The notes beneath the pieces were generated by a model that searched no databases, was not told the DNA's origin, and saw only the letters and a list, made by a program, of their open reading frames with translations. From NCBI GenBank assembly GCA_013239625.1, contig MU053594.1:1988127-2052126 (forward strand): DNA of 64,000 bases. Direction: 5' to 3'. The translations under genes were made by a program, and so were the position numbers. This DNA comes from Lama guanicoe. Lineage: Eukaryota. This document shows positions 1 to 13,030 of the stretch, in pieces. The first letter of the stretch is position 1; the number at the start of each line of letters is the position of its first letter.

Positions 1-86
1 CAAAACCTTTTGTGGAGGGACCACTGGCCACCCGGATTGTTCCTACTGACATGAATGACCAGAACCTAGAGGAACCATCCAGATAT
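1..86 (+). CDS. ALG9: ALG9 third-to-last coding exon (5' part outside window)
   Basis: Frame from nt 3 reads KPFVEGPLATRIVPTDMNDQNLEEPSRY, matching the ALG9 C-terminal domain as I recall it. Donor TAT|GTAAGG at 86/87, phase 0. Confidence 0.96.
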
Positions 87-1277
87 GTAAGGGCAATATT
101 CTCTTTATTTACTACTCTGAAAAGAGTTCTACCCTTAAAATCTGTTGGCATTCATATCACAGCATTGATGAGATGGGCATTTTTTAGAAAGTGATTTTTT
201 TTCAGGGTGAGGGATATAGCAGCTTTTGTTGAGAAAGAATGAACAGTATCATTTCTATTTTCAAATGACCGCCTTTGTTTTCTATATAAAATACATAATT
301 AAATATGTTTTGTAAGCTGGGCTAGAAATTTTCTTATGTTTAATTTGAATCATCATTTTGAAACACATTCTGAAACTCTTATCACTCCTTGGTCCATTAA
401 AATACTTGGTGTGGAACTTTCAAGTTATCAGTAGACCTTTGACCTATTGGTATATTCTGGTTTGAGCGAATGGACCTTCAGTGAAGGCTGTTCTCATAGT
501 GAATCCCTGAAGCAGTCTGTGTCAGGGCTGTGCTCTTCTGCCCACTCATCTTTACGCACCCTGAGACCCCACGTGGGTTTTATTTCAGTTCCTTAGAAGG
601 ATGACACTTTCGCCATTTGACACCTGTAAAATCTTTGATTGTGGAAAAAAGTGAAAGCAATAAACAGAATGTTCCTTTTCCCAGAGACAGTAAAGGATTA
701 TTTTATATAATTATTAGAAAGCACATTTTTTGGCAACCTGTCTGTTAAAGAAACATTTAACAGTTTAAATGTCAAATACATTTTGTTCAGATTTTCTTAT
801 GTCATATTTCACTTAAAATGTGAAATACTGGGACTTCCAGTTGTCTTCCTAAGCAAACCTACAGCCACGTCTGGCCTTTTGTCTCCCAGACTAGGGCAGG
901 TCAGATTTCTATGAAGACCCCTCAAGGTTATGAGTGAGATTCATACTGTGTGTGCTTTAGCTTATGAGCTATGTATGTAGTCGTGAAATACATATTTGGC
1001 TTGGCCCCTAGACAAGGTAAGAGATGTGTTCCCCTAAGTGGCTTATATTGGAGCTTCCTTCTGATTCCTGTAACTATGAAAATACCCCTGGGCAGGATAA
1101 GCTGTTGTTGGTCATTTTCATTTTAGCTGCACGTAGCTCCCGAGAGCAGGCTTTGCTGTACAGGGGACCACCTTGGGGACACTAGATAGTCAAAAGGGTA
1201 GGACAATATGCTATGATGGGGCAAGATATAAATTCAGAGTGATGTTGTCACGGCTGTTTTGGGAAGAGCAAGTCTAG

Positions 1278-1500
1278 GGTGGTTAAAAAAAGCATGGACT
1301 TTGGAGACAAGTAGACCTGGGTCCTCATCCCAACTCTGTTGGTGACCTTGGGCAAATTACTTAACACCTCTCTGTAACTAATTTCAGTTTCTATCTATGA
1401 AGTAAGAATAATGGTACCTACTTTGGAAGAAATAATATGAGATTGGATGTTATATCTCTCTGTCGTATTTAGCATAGTGTCTGGTACATAGATTTTCTCA
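1278..1500 (+). mobile_element. MIR SINE
   Basis: MIR hallmarks gtggttaa..agcatggactttggag, gtgaccttgggcaaattacttaac and aataatggtacctac. Confidence 0.8.
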
Positions 1501-2067
1501 CAAATATTCTTAATTTGATAATGGTGTTTTTGATAGATTAGAGGTAAAGGAACCCCTAAGAGGATTTATAATCTGCCCAAATCTCTCTCTCCTTCGTTAA
1601 TTTTATTGTTCCCCAACCTAATTTTTATTACAGTCCTTCCAGACTCATTGTTGCTCTTTCTGTCCCTGTGACTTTGCTTATCTTGGTGACTGTGCCTGGA
1701 CTTCCCTTGTCTACCTTCTTATACTGTCAAAACTCTTCCCCTAGGAAGTCTCTCCCAACTATTTAAGTCCATAGTGAGCAGTTCTTCTCTAAATGCCTTA
1801 CATGTTTATCTGCATAGCTCCTTTAGCCATCTAATTCTGTTCTCTTATGTGATTTAAATGTTTCTGATATGGATGTCATATTTTCCCCTGTGAGATTGTG
1901 AGTGCTACGGGGAGAATGCCTGCCCCTTATTTCTTTTGTATTCACCAGGGCGTTCAGGGTAGTGCTGCATATCTAGTCGTTAGCTTGTATGTGCCTCCTG
2001 ACTTGAGAGATGAATAGTCATCATTGTTGGGACAGTGGTGTTGAGAGAAAGCTGGCTATAAAATCCA

Positions 2068-2885
2068 CATGAAAAGATGGTCAGCATCAGTAATTATTAG
2101 AATGGCTGTCATCAAAAGGTCTACAAATAATGAATACTGGAGAGGGTGAAGAGAAAAGGGAACCCTTGTATGCTATCGGTGGAAATGTAAATTGGTGCAA
2201 CCACTATAGAAACAGTTTGGAGAGTCCTTAAAAAACTAAAAATAGAGCTACCTTTTGACCCAGTAGTGCCACTCCTGGGTATATATGCTGGAAAAACAAA
2301 AACACTAATTCAAAAAGATACAGACACCACAGTGTTCATAGCAGCGCTATTTACAATAACCAGGATGTGGAAGCGACCCAAGTGCCAATCAACAGACATA
2401 TTTGGCTTAAGAAGATGTGTATAACACACACACACACACACACACACAATGGACTATTAATGAGTCATGAAAAAGATGAAATATTGCCATTTGCAGCAAC
2501 ATGGGTAGACCTAGAGAATATTATGCTTATTAGTAAAGTAAGACAGCTAAAGACAAGTACTGTATAATATTACTTATATGTGGAATCTAAAAAATAATAC
2601 AAATAAATCTGTGTACAAACAGAAATAGACTCATAGACATAGAAAATAAACTATGGTTACCAAAGGGGAGGGGTGGGGAAGGACAAATTAGGAATATGGG
2701 ATTAGCAGATACAAACTAGTGTACATAAAATAAGCAAGAAGGACTTGATGTATAGCACAGGGAATTATACGTAATATCTTGTAACAGTGTGTAATGTAAT
2801 ATAATCTACAAAAAGAAAATAATCTCTATGCTATACACTTGAAACTAATACAATATTATAAATCAACTACAACTGAAAAAAAAAC
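2068..2885 (+). mobile_element. LINE-1 3' fragment (ORF2 end + 3' UTR) containing (CA)12
   Basis: gagaaaagggaacccttgt..ggaaatgtaaattggtgcaaccactat, ..ggttaccaaaggggag.., ends aaatcaactac + A tail. (CA)12 at 2425-2448. Confidence 0.9.
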
Positions 2886-4363
2886 TACAGTGGCCTATTG
2901 TACATTTCTTAGGCTTCAGTTTCTGGTTGTCTCCGGTTAGATAATATTTCCATATTCTCTGCTACCAGACATTGTTAAATTTAAGTGGCTATATTAGCTT
3001 TACCCAAAAGGTGCAGATTTTCCAGAGTATCTGTAGGAGTCATCAGAATGCTGGCTGGTAAAAGGAGGGACAGATAAGTCTGATGTGTGGTCTGAGTGTA
3101 TAATCTCATTGTGCTCGTACACCTTTCTGTGGTCGAGAGTTTTTCTGCAGAGTTCTCTCTGAATTTTCCTGCGTGGTGGGGGAAGTGCCCTTCAGATCCA
3201 GCCCACTCACCCTTGACCCTTTGGAAAGGAGGAGAGTCATTTGATGGCTCACTGTGAATTTTGCGTGAACTATGATCAGGGATTAGTTTCTTTCAGTTAC
3301 CTGTTTACAAAGATACTTGTTTTCATTTGATGATGAAAGTAAAAAACATTTATTGTATAAAATAATGAAAGCTATCAATGAGAAAAAAATCATCTACAAT
3401 CTCATTATCCCAATATTAAACCACTGTTAAAATTTTAATGTTTTTTTTTTCACTTTTTTCTCTTGCATCCATAGGTGCATGTTTATGTAAGCAAAAATCT
3501 CAAATATTTTTAAAAATAGTGTTGTAGTTCTTTAAGAAATAGTGCCAGCATCAAGACTGGTGGCCAAATAGCTTTGCCCAACATATAACAGCACAAGCTG
3601 TACTACATTTAGGTTTGCTACTTCTGGTATCATTCCTGGGTTTTAAGTACCAGTTCATTCAAAAAGGCAAAATAGTCATATTCTCTGTCTTTCTTGAACA
3701 TGCTGAATAGCAGCATTATTTTTATTTGCCTCTTGGTTCTGAGTGTCAGATTTTAGCTAACCCTTGGCTTCAGTGCTTAGTGATTGGGTCTGTCTCCTGT
3801 TTCTAGTCTGAATGGAAACTAAGAAACGTTCATGACCTCCTGTATTTCACTATCATCTTTTACCTCTGAGTTTATCAAGCGTTAGGAGCAAGTGTTTGTG
3901 AAGGTGCTGTGACTTCTGCTGCATTGTTGTAACTTCACTGCAGCATTAATATTTTTTCACTGCATATTTTTGCATGATAGGTACTGAGTAGCTGTTGAGT
4001 AGCCCATTATTGAACAGGTGGCATTTTTACAGTGGTACCTGCCAAGATTTTCTGCCAGAATCAAGGTGTGAATTTAGAAGATAGACTCAGTGTCTCTTCT
4101 TTATTTCTTGACAGATCCAAATTTTAATTCACCATTTCAAGGTGAATGATAGCCTTCTGGCTTCAAATCTGGTATCTGATTAGGGAGCTACCTAGTCAGT
4201 GGGATAGAGTTTGGAGTTAAAAACACGTGTTCAGGAGGGAGCCTGCAGTTAGACTTTTCTCTGACTTCGACTTAATGCTAAAGCAGATTTTCAGGAAGCT
4301 TGTCCATCTGTTATCTTTGAAAAAATAAAACTGATCATTGAATATTTCTCCCCAATAGTAATA

Positions 4364-4894
4364 CAGTCAGCTCCACTATAACATGATATAAAATTGCTAA
4401 AAATGCATGGAAAATCACAAGGCTTATGGGGAAAATGAGATTAAGGGCGCAATACTCACGAACTTTGTCAGTGACACAGAAAAAAGATAGGAACCTAATA
4501 AAAACAGTAGCATAATTTTATATATGTTAAATAGCTAAAAACGCATAAATGCTACAAATGTATGGCACTTTACCTTGAAAAAGATCTCAAGTTTGCTTCT
4601 GGAAATGGCACTGGTAGGGCTGCAGCTTGCGAAGTAATACCAAGTATGGATGGTGTGGCTCATAACACAGCGAACTGAAGAAGCTGGGAGGTATTTCAGT
4701 GCGGGCTTGAATGCGCTTTGTATACCCCAGGCTGATGCGTTTAACTGGGTAAAGTTTTCTGGATTCACCTAGTTTTTCTTGTGAACGCATAAGCAAATGT
4801 AAAAATTGAATTATGCTCAAATTGTTCCCTAATATATCAGTTGTGTTGGAACGAATTTGCATTTTCAAAGCCTATCTTGCAACAGAACTGGCTG
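4364..4894 (-). mobile_element. Tigger-family DNA transposon fossil (Tigger8-like)
   Basis: Imperfect TIRs cagtcagctc.. / ..gaactggctg, each flanked by TA (4362-4363, 4895-4896). The minus strand resembles the Tigger8 5' end as I recall it. Confidence 0.7.
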
Positions 4895-7800
4895 TATATT
4901 CTTGTTTTTCTTTATCCCTGCTTTTACCACTTACCAGGGGAATGAATTATGGATTTGGAAGGGAACTTGAGATATAAAAGTCTATGATCTCTCCATTTTA
5001 TGAGTGAAAAAACTGAGGCTCAGAGAGGTTGTAACTTGACAAAGATTTGTCCTAGGATGAGAAGCTTGGCTTTAGGATTCCCCAGTATTCGTTCCACACA
5101 TGTTTATACCATGTGGTGTATCACTTGAAGACATGTTTTCATGGAATGGTTAACTGTTCTTTCATGTAACAGGGCTAAATAGACATTAATTGGCTAAATA
5201 TTACTTTTTTAGGAAGTTACTCTCCGTTTCTAGAGCTCTGTTAGCGTGTATGCCAGGTACTTTATGTAGTAATTGTTGTATTTACCAATCAACAGAAATT
5301 ATCGGGGTCCACTCCTTTTCTTTTTCTTTTTCTCTCTCTTTTAATCCTTTCTCCTAACCCTTATTGGAAATCCTTATTCAAGGAGAAAATTAATTACCCT
5401 CTAGATATCCCTACTAATTGTTATTAGCCCTAAGAAGCAAAGCAAGCAGATTCAAATTGCTGTATATTATGTGCAGTTCGAATAAGATTAGAATCCACTC
5501 ATAATTTAAGTTAAGACTATTCAGAATGCTTCTTTCAAATTAATTCCCTGGTATACATTGTGTTGGCATTTGGAAATGATGTTTTCATGATCTTTAGTAA
5601 TTGAATGGCCAAAAATTTTTACCTGTAAGTTTAAGTTTTTACACTACAGTAAATTTTTACTTAGGAATTTAAAGATTCAGTCAACAAATATGTATTTAGC
5701 AAGGCTTTATGGGAGACAGTAAAACTGTAAGACAGTGTGTGCCTCTGGGTGACAACTCCTTTTTAAAATTTAATTTAAGTATGTATAAAAGAAGGAAAGA
5801 AAAGCCAGAAAAATATCTGAAATCTTTCGCTATCGAATGTTTCCTCCTAGGCCCCAGGGTTCCTCATAAGATAATATTAATGCCTGGCAGAATGATGTAG
5901 TGGTGAGAGCGCTGGGCTGAGAGTTAAGAGAGCCTGTGATTCTTTTCTGGGATTGAATGAAGTGTGTTTTCTTCTTACATGACTTTGTGAGTTTCTAAGA
6001 CCCTTGAAATAGCTTTGCATCTCTCCAGTTTGCTGTAACTGCACCTGGAATCTGGTTCCAGTGTTAAGATTTCACTTCATCCCCATTACCTGTTCTCTAA
6101 TCACATATGTCATGGTGGCAAGTCTGACCTTGAGACATGGTTCCTGAGCCCTGGGGCCTGATGGCCAGAGATAGAAGTCTGTCTGCTGCTTCTGCCTGAC
6201 AGAGACGCATCTCTGTGTCGTGCTACCTGAGTGTGACGCTGACATTTGAGAGCTGAGAAGATGGAGCTGCAGACTCCATCCCTGGCAGGGTCTCTGTAAC
6301 AGCTGATGGGGAAAAGCTGTGAGAATATTTATTATTGCCCAGCTCCCCTTGGCCCACTCCTCACCCAGCAAAACGCACACCTTGTATTATCGATGCCTTG
6401 ACCTCTGTCTCAGGCCTTTTCTGTTCTTTGAGAGTATGTATTTTTGTTTATATCGGAGGTGGTATTGAATTGTCATCTTTAACATGTAACATCCTTACAT
6501 CTTACTGATAAGGTGTAAACAATGGAACATTGATTATCAGTAAATTTGTTTGTATTCCCCCACCACTACTTTTTTTTTTTTTTTTGGTTTAGAGGTACTG
6601 ATTTTTTCTACTCCAAAGCTTCTAGTGGGTTGTTAGAAACTGAAAGAAGTCACATTTCTTTCCAAATGAGTCTTAAATGCTTGTATTTGACAAAATTTTA
6701 AACTAAGGGATATTTTTAGCTTCGACAGCTGGTTGATATGTAGCCTGTGACTAATGAAATGAAACACATTTTTGTTTCACGATCATGTGTTAATGTCACC
6801 CTACAATTTTGTTATTTTTGATGCAAGAAAGAATGATTAAATCTGAAGAAACAAAAAAATGAGCTTTTTGGTTACACTTGAATGCAAATTTAAATCCAGC
6901 TTTTTGATTTTTGAATTGTAGATGATGTATGTGGTTATGGAGTGTGGTCTCAGAGTTTGCACTGAGCTATTGACGAAATTGAGAGAAGAAGCTCTTCTTT
7001 CTGATTCTGACTCTTAGATCTAAGATGCGGGAGTCACTGGGTGTTACCAGGGATTCAAACTGAGAAATCTCAAACTAAAAATAGTCACAGTACAACAGTA
7101 TATATAGCATGATCCAGATTTTGTGAACAAAAATCTGCATCTGCAAATAAAAAAGCCTGGGACACATAAACTAACAGGTTAATGTTGATTTTCGTGTATG
7201 GTAGGATTATAGGTGATTTTTTTTAAATGCATTTAAAATATATTTTTATAATAAATTATATTTTACTTCCATAATTTAAAAAAAACTACCATAATAGGGG
7301 CTATAGATATCAAATCTTTGAAACTACCAAGAAGATCTCTGGTAGGCTTTACAAACAGTGCACAGCATGTGGCCAGCCGACCTGGGGTTTCTTTGTCTTT
7401 GTGCAAAAGAACTTTCAACTCAAAATTCTGAGATAGTTTTTGGGTTTTTGGGTTTTTTTTTTTTTTTTTAGATTTTCTTTTAAGTAATTTTTGCCTCTTA
7501 GCCTTCTGGCCTCTTAGTTAAGTCATTTCAGTCATTAGATCTAAGACCGTTTTTGCTGCTCTTTCTGCAAACTAGGATCTAGGTCGCCTCAAAGAAATAA
7601 ATGTAGTTACCTATTACAAGTTATGAGGAAATTTTTTTTTCAAAACGTGTAACTGAAAAAGGATGCTGCTGTGGCAAAGAAACTATGAAGTAATAAGTTA
7701 AACTCTTCCAGGCAGGAGAGGAGTTAAAGAATTAAATAAAAATTGAAGTAAAATAATTTGCCTATTGTTGAGGTTAGGACGAAAGGCCTTATCCATCCAG

Positions 7801-8029
7801 TAAGTGTGCCACAGACCACCTACTGGTGGGCGCATCCCCAGCCGTCCGAGATCACTGGCTTAAAAAGACAATGAATGGCCTGTAAATCTGATCAGTATGG
7901 TGACATTAATCTACAATCTTTCCGCATGTTTTTATTCTTAATTATTTTTAAATGTTTCTCATTTTGTTCCCTCGTTGGCTTTTTTATCCACCCATTCATT
8001 TAACTTTTTATTCTAGATTATGTGCTGAA

Positions 8030-8800
8030 AGTAGGAAGGTGGCAAAAAGCATAGTCTCCTGTCATTTAAAAAGGCCATAACAAGAAAAAAAAAAACATAA
8101 TGGGTGGGGGAGAAAAGGAATTGGGAAAACAATGTAAGAAACAGAAAAAAATTTTAAACTTCTACAGTCAGTGTTCCCTGATAGGTTAAAAGGAACGTTT
8201 GGGGACCATAAAACAAAAGCATGCTTTGAAGAACAATCAAAATAAAAGCTCCTGAAAATTAAAAATAAGATAATAGAGATTTTAGAAATCAATAGCATGA
8301 TCAGAGGATAAAGTTGAAGAGATCTTCCGTACAGTCACAATACAAAAAGAAAACAAAAAACCAAAAACGTAGAAAATAGGACAAGGGGAAAAGATCAGAG
8401 GATCCAGCACGTAGCTAATAGTAGGTCCAGAAAGAGAGAACAAATGAAGCAGAGAAAAGAAAATCGCCGAAGAAGTGACATGAGGAAATTCCCTGGAACT
8501 AAAGGGCATCACTTTGCAGACTGAAGGAGCCCACACAGTGCACCTCAAATGATGAGTGAGAAGTGCTTCATACCAAGGTGTATCGAGTACCAAAGAAGTC
8601 AGTGTGTATTGTATTATTTGATAATTGAAAAATCAAAGGTACCAGAAGAAAACTTCGGAAGGATTGTGAGTAGTTGCCTCTGGGAAATGAGACCCGGGAA
8701 AAAGGGGGCACTGCTGTTTCTCAGAATAAGCTTCCTTTACTATGTAAATTCTGAACTATGCACGTATATTATTTTGATAGACCTAAAGGTGAATAGAAAA
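8030..8800 (+). mobile_element. old LINE-1 fragments (ORF1-like region and 3' piece)
   Basis: A-rich with L1 ORF1-type motifs (aatagtaggtccagaaagagagaaca, gaggaaattccctggaactaaa, gactgaaggagcccac). Confidence 0.6.
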
Positions 8801-9889
8801 AGACATAAATCTTCCCATCAGAATCTGATAGGAGAGACGGTTCTAAAGTATTATTCATTCAAAGGCTTCGAGTATGAAAGAACATTGAGTGTTTAGGGGA
8901 AAATAAATGGTTTGAGGTTTTTAGGTTTTAGGTAACTGGGCAGAGCACTTTTAGTTCTTTTACTTCTCTGTTTCATTTATTCCCATATATTTATGTATGT
9001 GACTGTGTTCTCTGATAAATTACACATTTATTTGAGGACAGGGGTCCGTATCTTTGTCCTTAATCTATGAAACCTCTGCAGTACCTAACATAGGGCTTAT
9101 ACACAGCAGATGATTTTTAAATTTTTAACAGAAGTACTCAAATATCCCTTCATTTAGTCTTTGTGAACTTGAGAAGTTCCTGAGACCCTGATAATAGAAA
9201 TTTAGACTACTTAGGACTTGAGCACTGTCATTCTTCAAGATCTAGGTATACATACTGCAGTTGGCATCCAGCCTGCTAGGTTAGAAGCTCCTGGAGGATG
9301 GGGACTATGTCCCTTCCATCGTCACATCTCGCACATCGTCCAGCATTGGACGCATACTAACTGAATGAACCTTTTCAATCTTCATTAACAGATCCCAGAC
9401 AGAAAGAAGTTCTCTCCTGCTGCCTCTTGTTTTGGTAATGAGATCCTTAAATTACCCCAAACCCTGATTTCTATTGCTGTCTCCCTCCGCCTTTAGTAAG
9501 GAATAGAACTAGAGAGGTTTATGTTACCTACCAAGATGCCAACCCTCTTGAAGATTCATATTATTTATTGCCTTAATATCATAGCATTTACTACAAGACA
9601 GGTTAGCAATTTATTTTTAGAAGGCAAGGTTGACATCTCCTTTTGATCAATGTTGTCTCTATCATTTCTCCTTCAAGTCTTATCAAAATGTTTGGTCCTT
9701 TCCATTTCTACTCTCATGTTAAATGATTTTCATGAGGGTTTCATATGAGTTTCTGCCATTCAGTTTATATTATTTGATTTTGTTTTGAGACAGATACACC
9801 CTTCTATTACAGACACAAGTTAACCAGTTCAGTCACATATACCATTCCCCCAGATCTGCAGCTCCTTACTGCTTTTTTTTTCATTAAAA

Positions 9890-10585
9890 AAAAAACTTTT
9901 TTATTTTGAAATAATTCCAGATTCACAGGGAATTGCAAACAGTACAGAGAAGGGTACATATACCCTTCATCCAGTTTCCCTCAATGTATATATGGTATAA
10001 TTCCAAAACTAGAAAATTGACATGAGTATAGTTCTGTGTCATTTTATCACATGTATCGATTCATACAACCACCACTGCAGTCAAGGTTGATACAGAACTA
10101 CTCCATCACCACAAAGATGTTTTTTGTACTAATCCTTTATAGTTGCACCCCCACCTTCACCATCCTTAACCCCTGGCAACTGCTCATTTGTTCTCCATCT
10201 CTGTAATTTTATTATTTTGAGAATTTTCTATAAATAGAGTTACTTAGTGTGTTACCTTTGAAATTGTCATTCCCCGCCTCCTCAGCATAATGCCCTTGAG
10301 ATCCATCCAAATTCTATCAGTAGTTTGTCCCTCTTTATTTCTGAGCTCAATGATACAGATACATACAGTTTGTTTAAACATTTACCTACTGGAAGACGTT
10401 TTGGTTGTTTCCAGTTTTTGGCTCCTACAAATAAAGCTGTTATAAATCTTTGTGTACAAATTTCTGTGTGGATATTCATTTTAATTTCTCTGGGATAAAT
10501 GCCCAGGAATGTGATTACTGGATCTTGTGGTAGGTGTGTGTTTAGTTTTTTAAGAAACTGCCAAACTTTTCTAGATTGGCTGTAC
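9890..10585 (-). mobile_element. LINE-1 3' end (L1MB/L1MC-like)
   Basis: ttattttgaaataattccagattcacagg..ttaacccctggcaac..ggttgtttccagtttttggct..gggataaatgcccagga. Confidence 0.8.
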
Positions 10586-10589
10586 CAGT

Positions 10590-12458
10590 TCAGGTGATCT
10601 GTAGAAATCTTACCTTCCTTTACATTTTTTTACCCTCGCCTGTTTATAATTTAATTATCAAATATTTCCTCTACATGATATTGAGAATCATGTTAGAACG
10701 TGCTGTAATTTTTACTTCAACGTCTAAACATAATTCAGAAAATTCAAAAGAAGGAAAATCTAATGTTTTTATGCATATCCTTACTCTTTTTTTCTGCTGT
10801 TCTTTCTTCCTCCTAATCTTCCATGATTTCTTCATTATTGTTTCCTTTCTGTTTCAAGAATTCCTATAGCCATTCTTTCAGAATAGGTCTGCTAGCAACA
10901 TAATTTCTTGGTTTTCCTTCATCTGGGAATGAAGAATTCCCCCTTCAATTCTTGCGATATTTATTTCCCCTTGATATGGAGTTCTGGGTTGACCTTTTTT
11001 TTTTTTTCCAGCACCTGAAAAATATTTTGTGTCATCCTCTGGTGTCCATGGTTTCTGATGAGAAATTAACCATCACCCTAATTGTTTTTCCCTTATAGGC
11101 AAGGCGTCATTTCTCTCTGGCTGCTTGCAAGACTTTTTTCTTTGTTTTTAGTTTCAGAATTTGAATTATGATGTGTCTTGGCATGAATTTTCTTTGAGTT
11201 TAGTCTGTTTGGGATTCACTCAGGTTCTTGATTCTGTAAGTTTAAATCTCTTGCCAAATTTAAGAAGCTCTCAGTCATTATTTCTTTTAGTACTTTTTCA
11301 GCCCTGCCCTCTTTCTCGTCTCCTTCTGGGACGCAATGACGTGAGTGTTAGCTCTTTTGTTACAATTTTGTAGGCTTTTGAGGCTCTCTTCTTCCCCCTT
11401 CTCCCCAGCCCTTTTTCTTTCTATTATTCAGATTATATAATTTTATTATTCTGTTTTCCAGTTCACTGATTCTTCCCTCTGATTCCTCTGTTCTGCTGTT
11501 TAGGACGTGTACTGAGCCTTTCATTTCAGTTCTTGTCCTTTTTATTTCTAAAATTTTCATTTGGTTCCTTTTACTTCCTCTATTTCTCTGCTGTGACTTT
11601 CTGTTCTCTTGTTTCAAGCATGTTTGTGATTGTTCATTGGAGTTTTTTTATCATGTGGCTGTAAAATCTTTGTTAGATAATTTTAATATCTCTGTCATCT
11701 CTATGTTGACGTCTGTTTGTTGTCATTTGTCATGTCATGAGATCTTCCTTTCATTGAAACCTGGACATTTTGGTAATTATGAGACTCTGGATCTCATTTA
11801 AGGCTTCTGTTTTAGTCAACTTTTTCTGACCCTACACTGATGGGAGAAAGGATGCAGATGGAAGTCCAAGTTCCCCACTTGGCCTCCATTGATACCTGAG
11901 GCTGGACAAGGGTGTTTGTTACTGTCAAGTGGCAGCAAGAGTTCACGCTCCCTACCAGGCCTCTGCTGATAGCACCGTGGCTGAGAAGGGTAGGGGAGCC
12001 TTGTCACTGTTCTCCACATAGCCTCCACTGATGCCATGGGGTGGAGGGTGGCCTCATCACTGTTGGACAGTAGTGGAAGTCCTGACTCTCCACTACACCC
12101 TCTCTGACGCCACCTCAGCCTGTAAGAGAAGGGGTGCCTCATTGCTGCCAGGTAGAGTAGAAGTCCAGGCTCCCTGAGTGTTTCCACTGATGCCACCACG
12201 GGGTAGTGGGGTGAGGGAAGTCTTGTTACTGCCTAGCAGGGTTGGATGTCCTAGCTCCCTATGTGGTCTTGTCTGACACCACCCAGAAGGCCAGGCCAGG
12301 AGGAGTGGGGAGTCCCTGTTACGGTATGACAAAGGTGGAAGTCTAGACTTTCCACTGGATATGTACTGTCAGAGGTAGGGGTGGAATGACAGTTTTTTGG
12401 CAGGAGCGTTTGGCTCATAAGAGAAGCAGACCAATAGAATGTGTGTACATGTATGCAG

Positions 12459-12499
<41 letters not shown>

Positions 12500-13030
12500 T
12501 TAGGGAGGAACTGATTTAACTTACTTTAAGGAATTGACTCATAATTGTGGGGGCTAGCAAGTCTGAAATCTGCAGGTTGATTGGCAGACTGAAAACCCAG
12601 GGAAGAATTGATGTTGCAGCTCAAGTCCAAGGCAGTCTGGAGGCAAGAATTCTTCTAGGGGGAATGAGAGAATTCTTTTTCTTTTAAGGTCTTCAACTGA
12701 TGAGATGCAGCCCATCCACATGAAGGGTAATCTTCTTTTCTCAAAGTCTGCTGATCTAAATGTTAATCTCATCTTAAAAATTCCCTCATGGCAGCATCTA
12801 GTCTGATGTTTGGCCAGATATCTAGATATTGTAGGCTAGCCAAGTTGACGCATAAAATTAATGGTCAGCATTGGAGTCGAGTAGTTACTGTCTAAAAATA
12901 CTGTTCCTGGGGTCCTGAGGTTCCTAGCCCGTCTGCCTGCCTTCCTCTACGCTTTGGAGCTGTCTTATGTTTGTTTCACGCACAATGTCCAGGTTTTTCA
13001 GCTGGACTCAGCAGGAGGAATATGGAAAAG
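10590..13030 (-). mobile_element. old LINE-1 5'/ORF1 region (L1MD-like), interrupted by an MLT2 LTR
   Basis: T-rich antisense ORF1-like sequence (ORF 11360-11617 gives L1 ORF1 coiled-coil-like QMKILEIKRTRTEMK..EGRISELENR), then L1 5' subrepeats (gaagtccaggctccc) that resume after 12870. Confidence 0.7.
12415..12870 (-). mobile_element. MLT2-type ERVL LTR with internal (TG)13
   Basis: Minus strand starts ..ttaattttatgcgtcaacttggctag, the MLT2 5' motif. Also aaggaattgactcat..gcaagtctgaaatctgcagg. (TG)13 at 12468-12493. Confidence 0.8.
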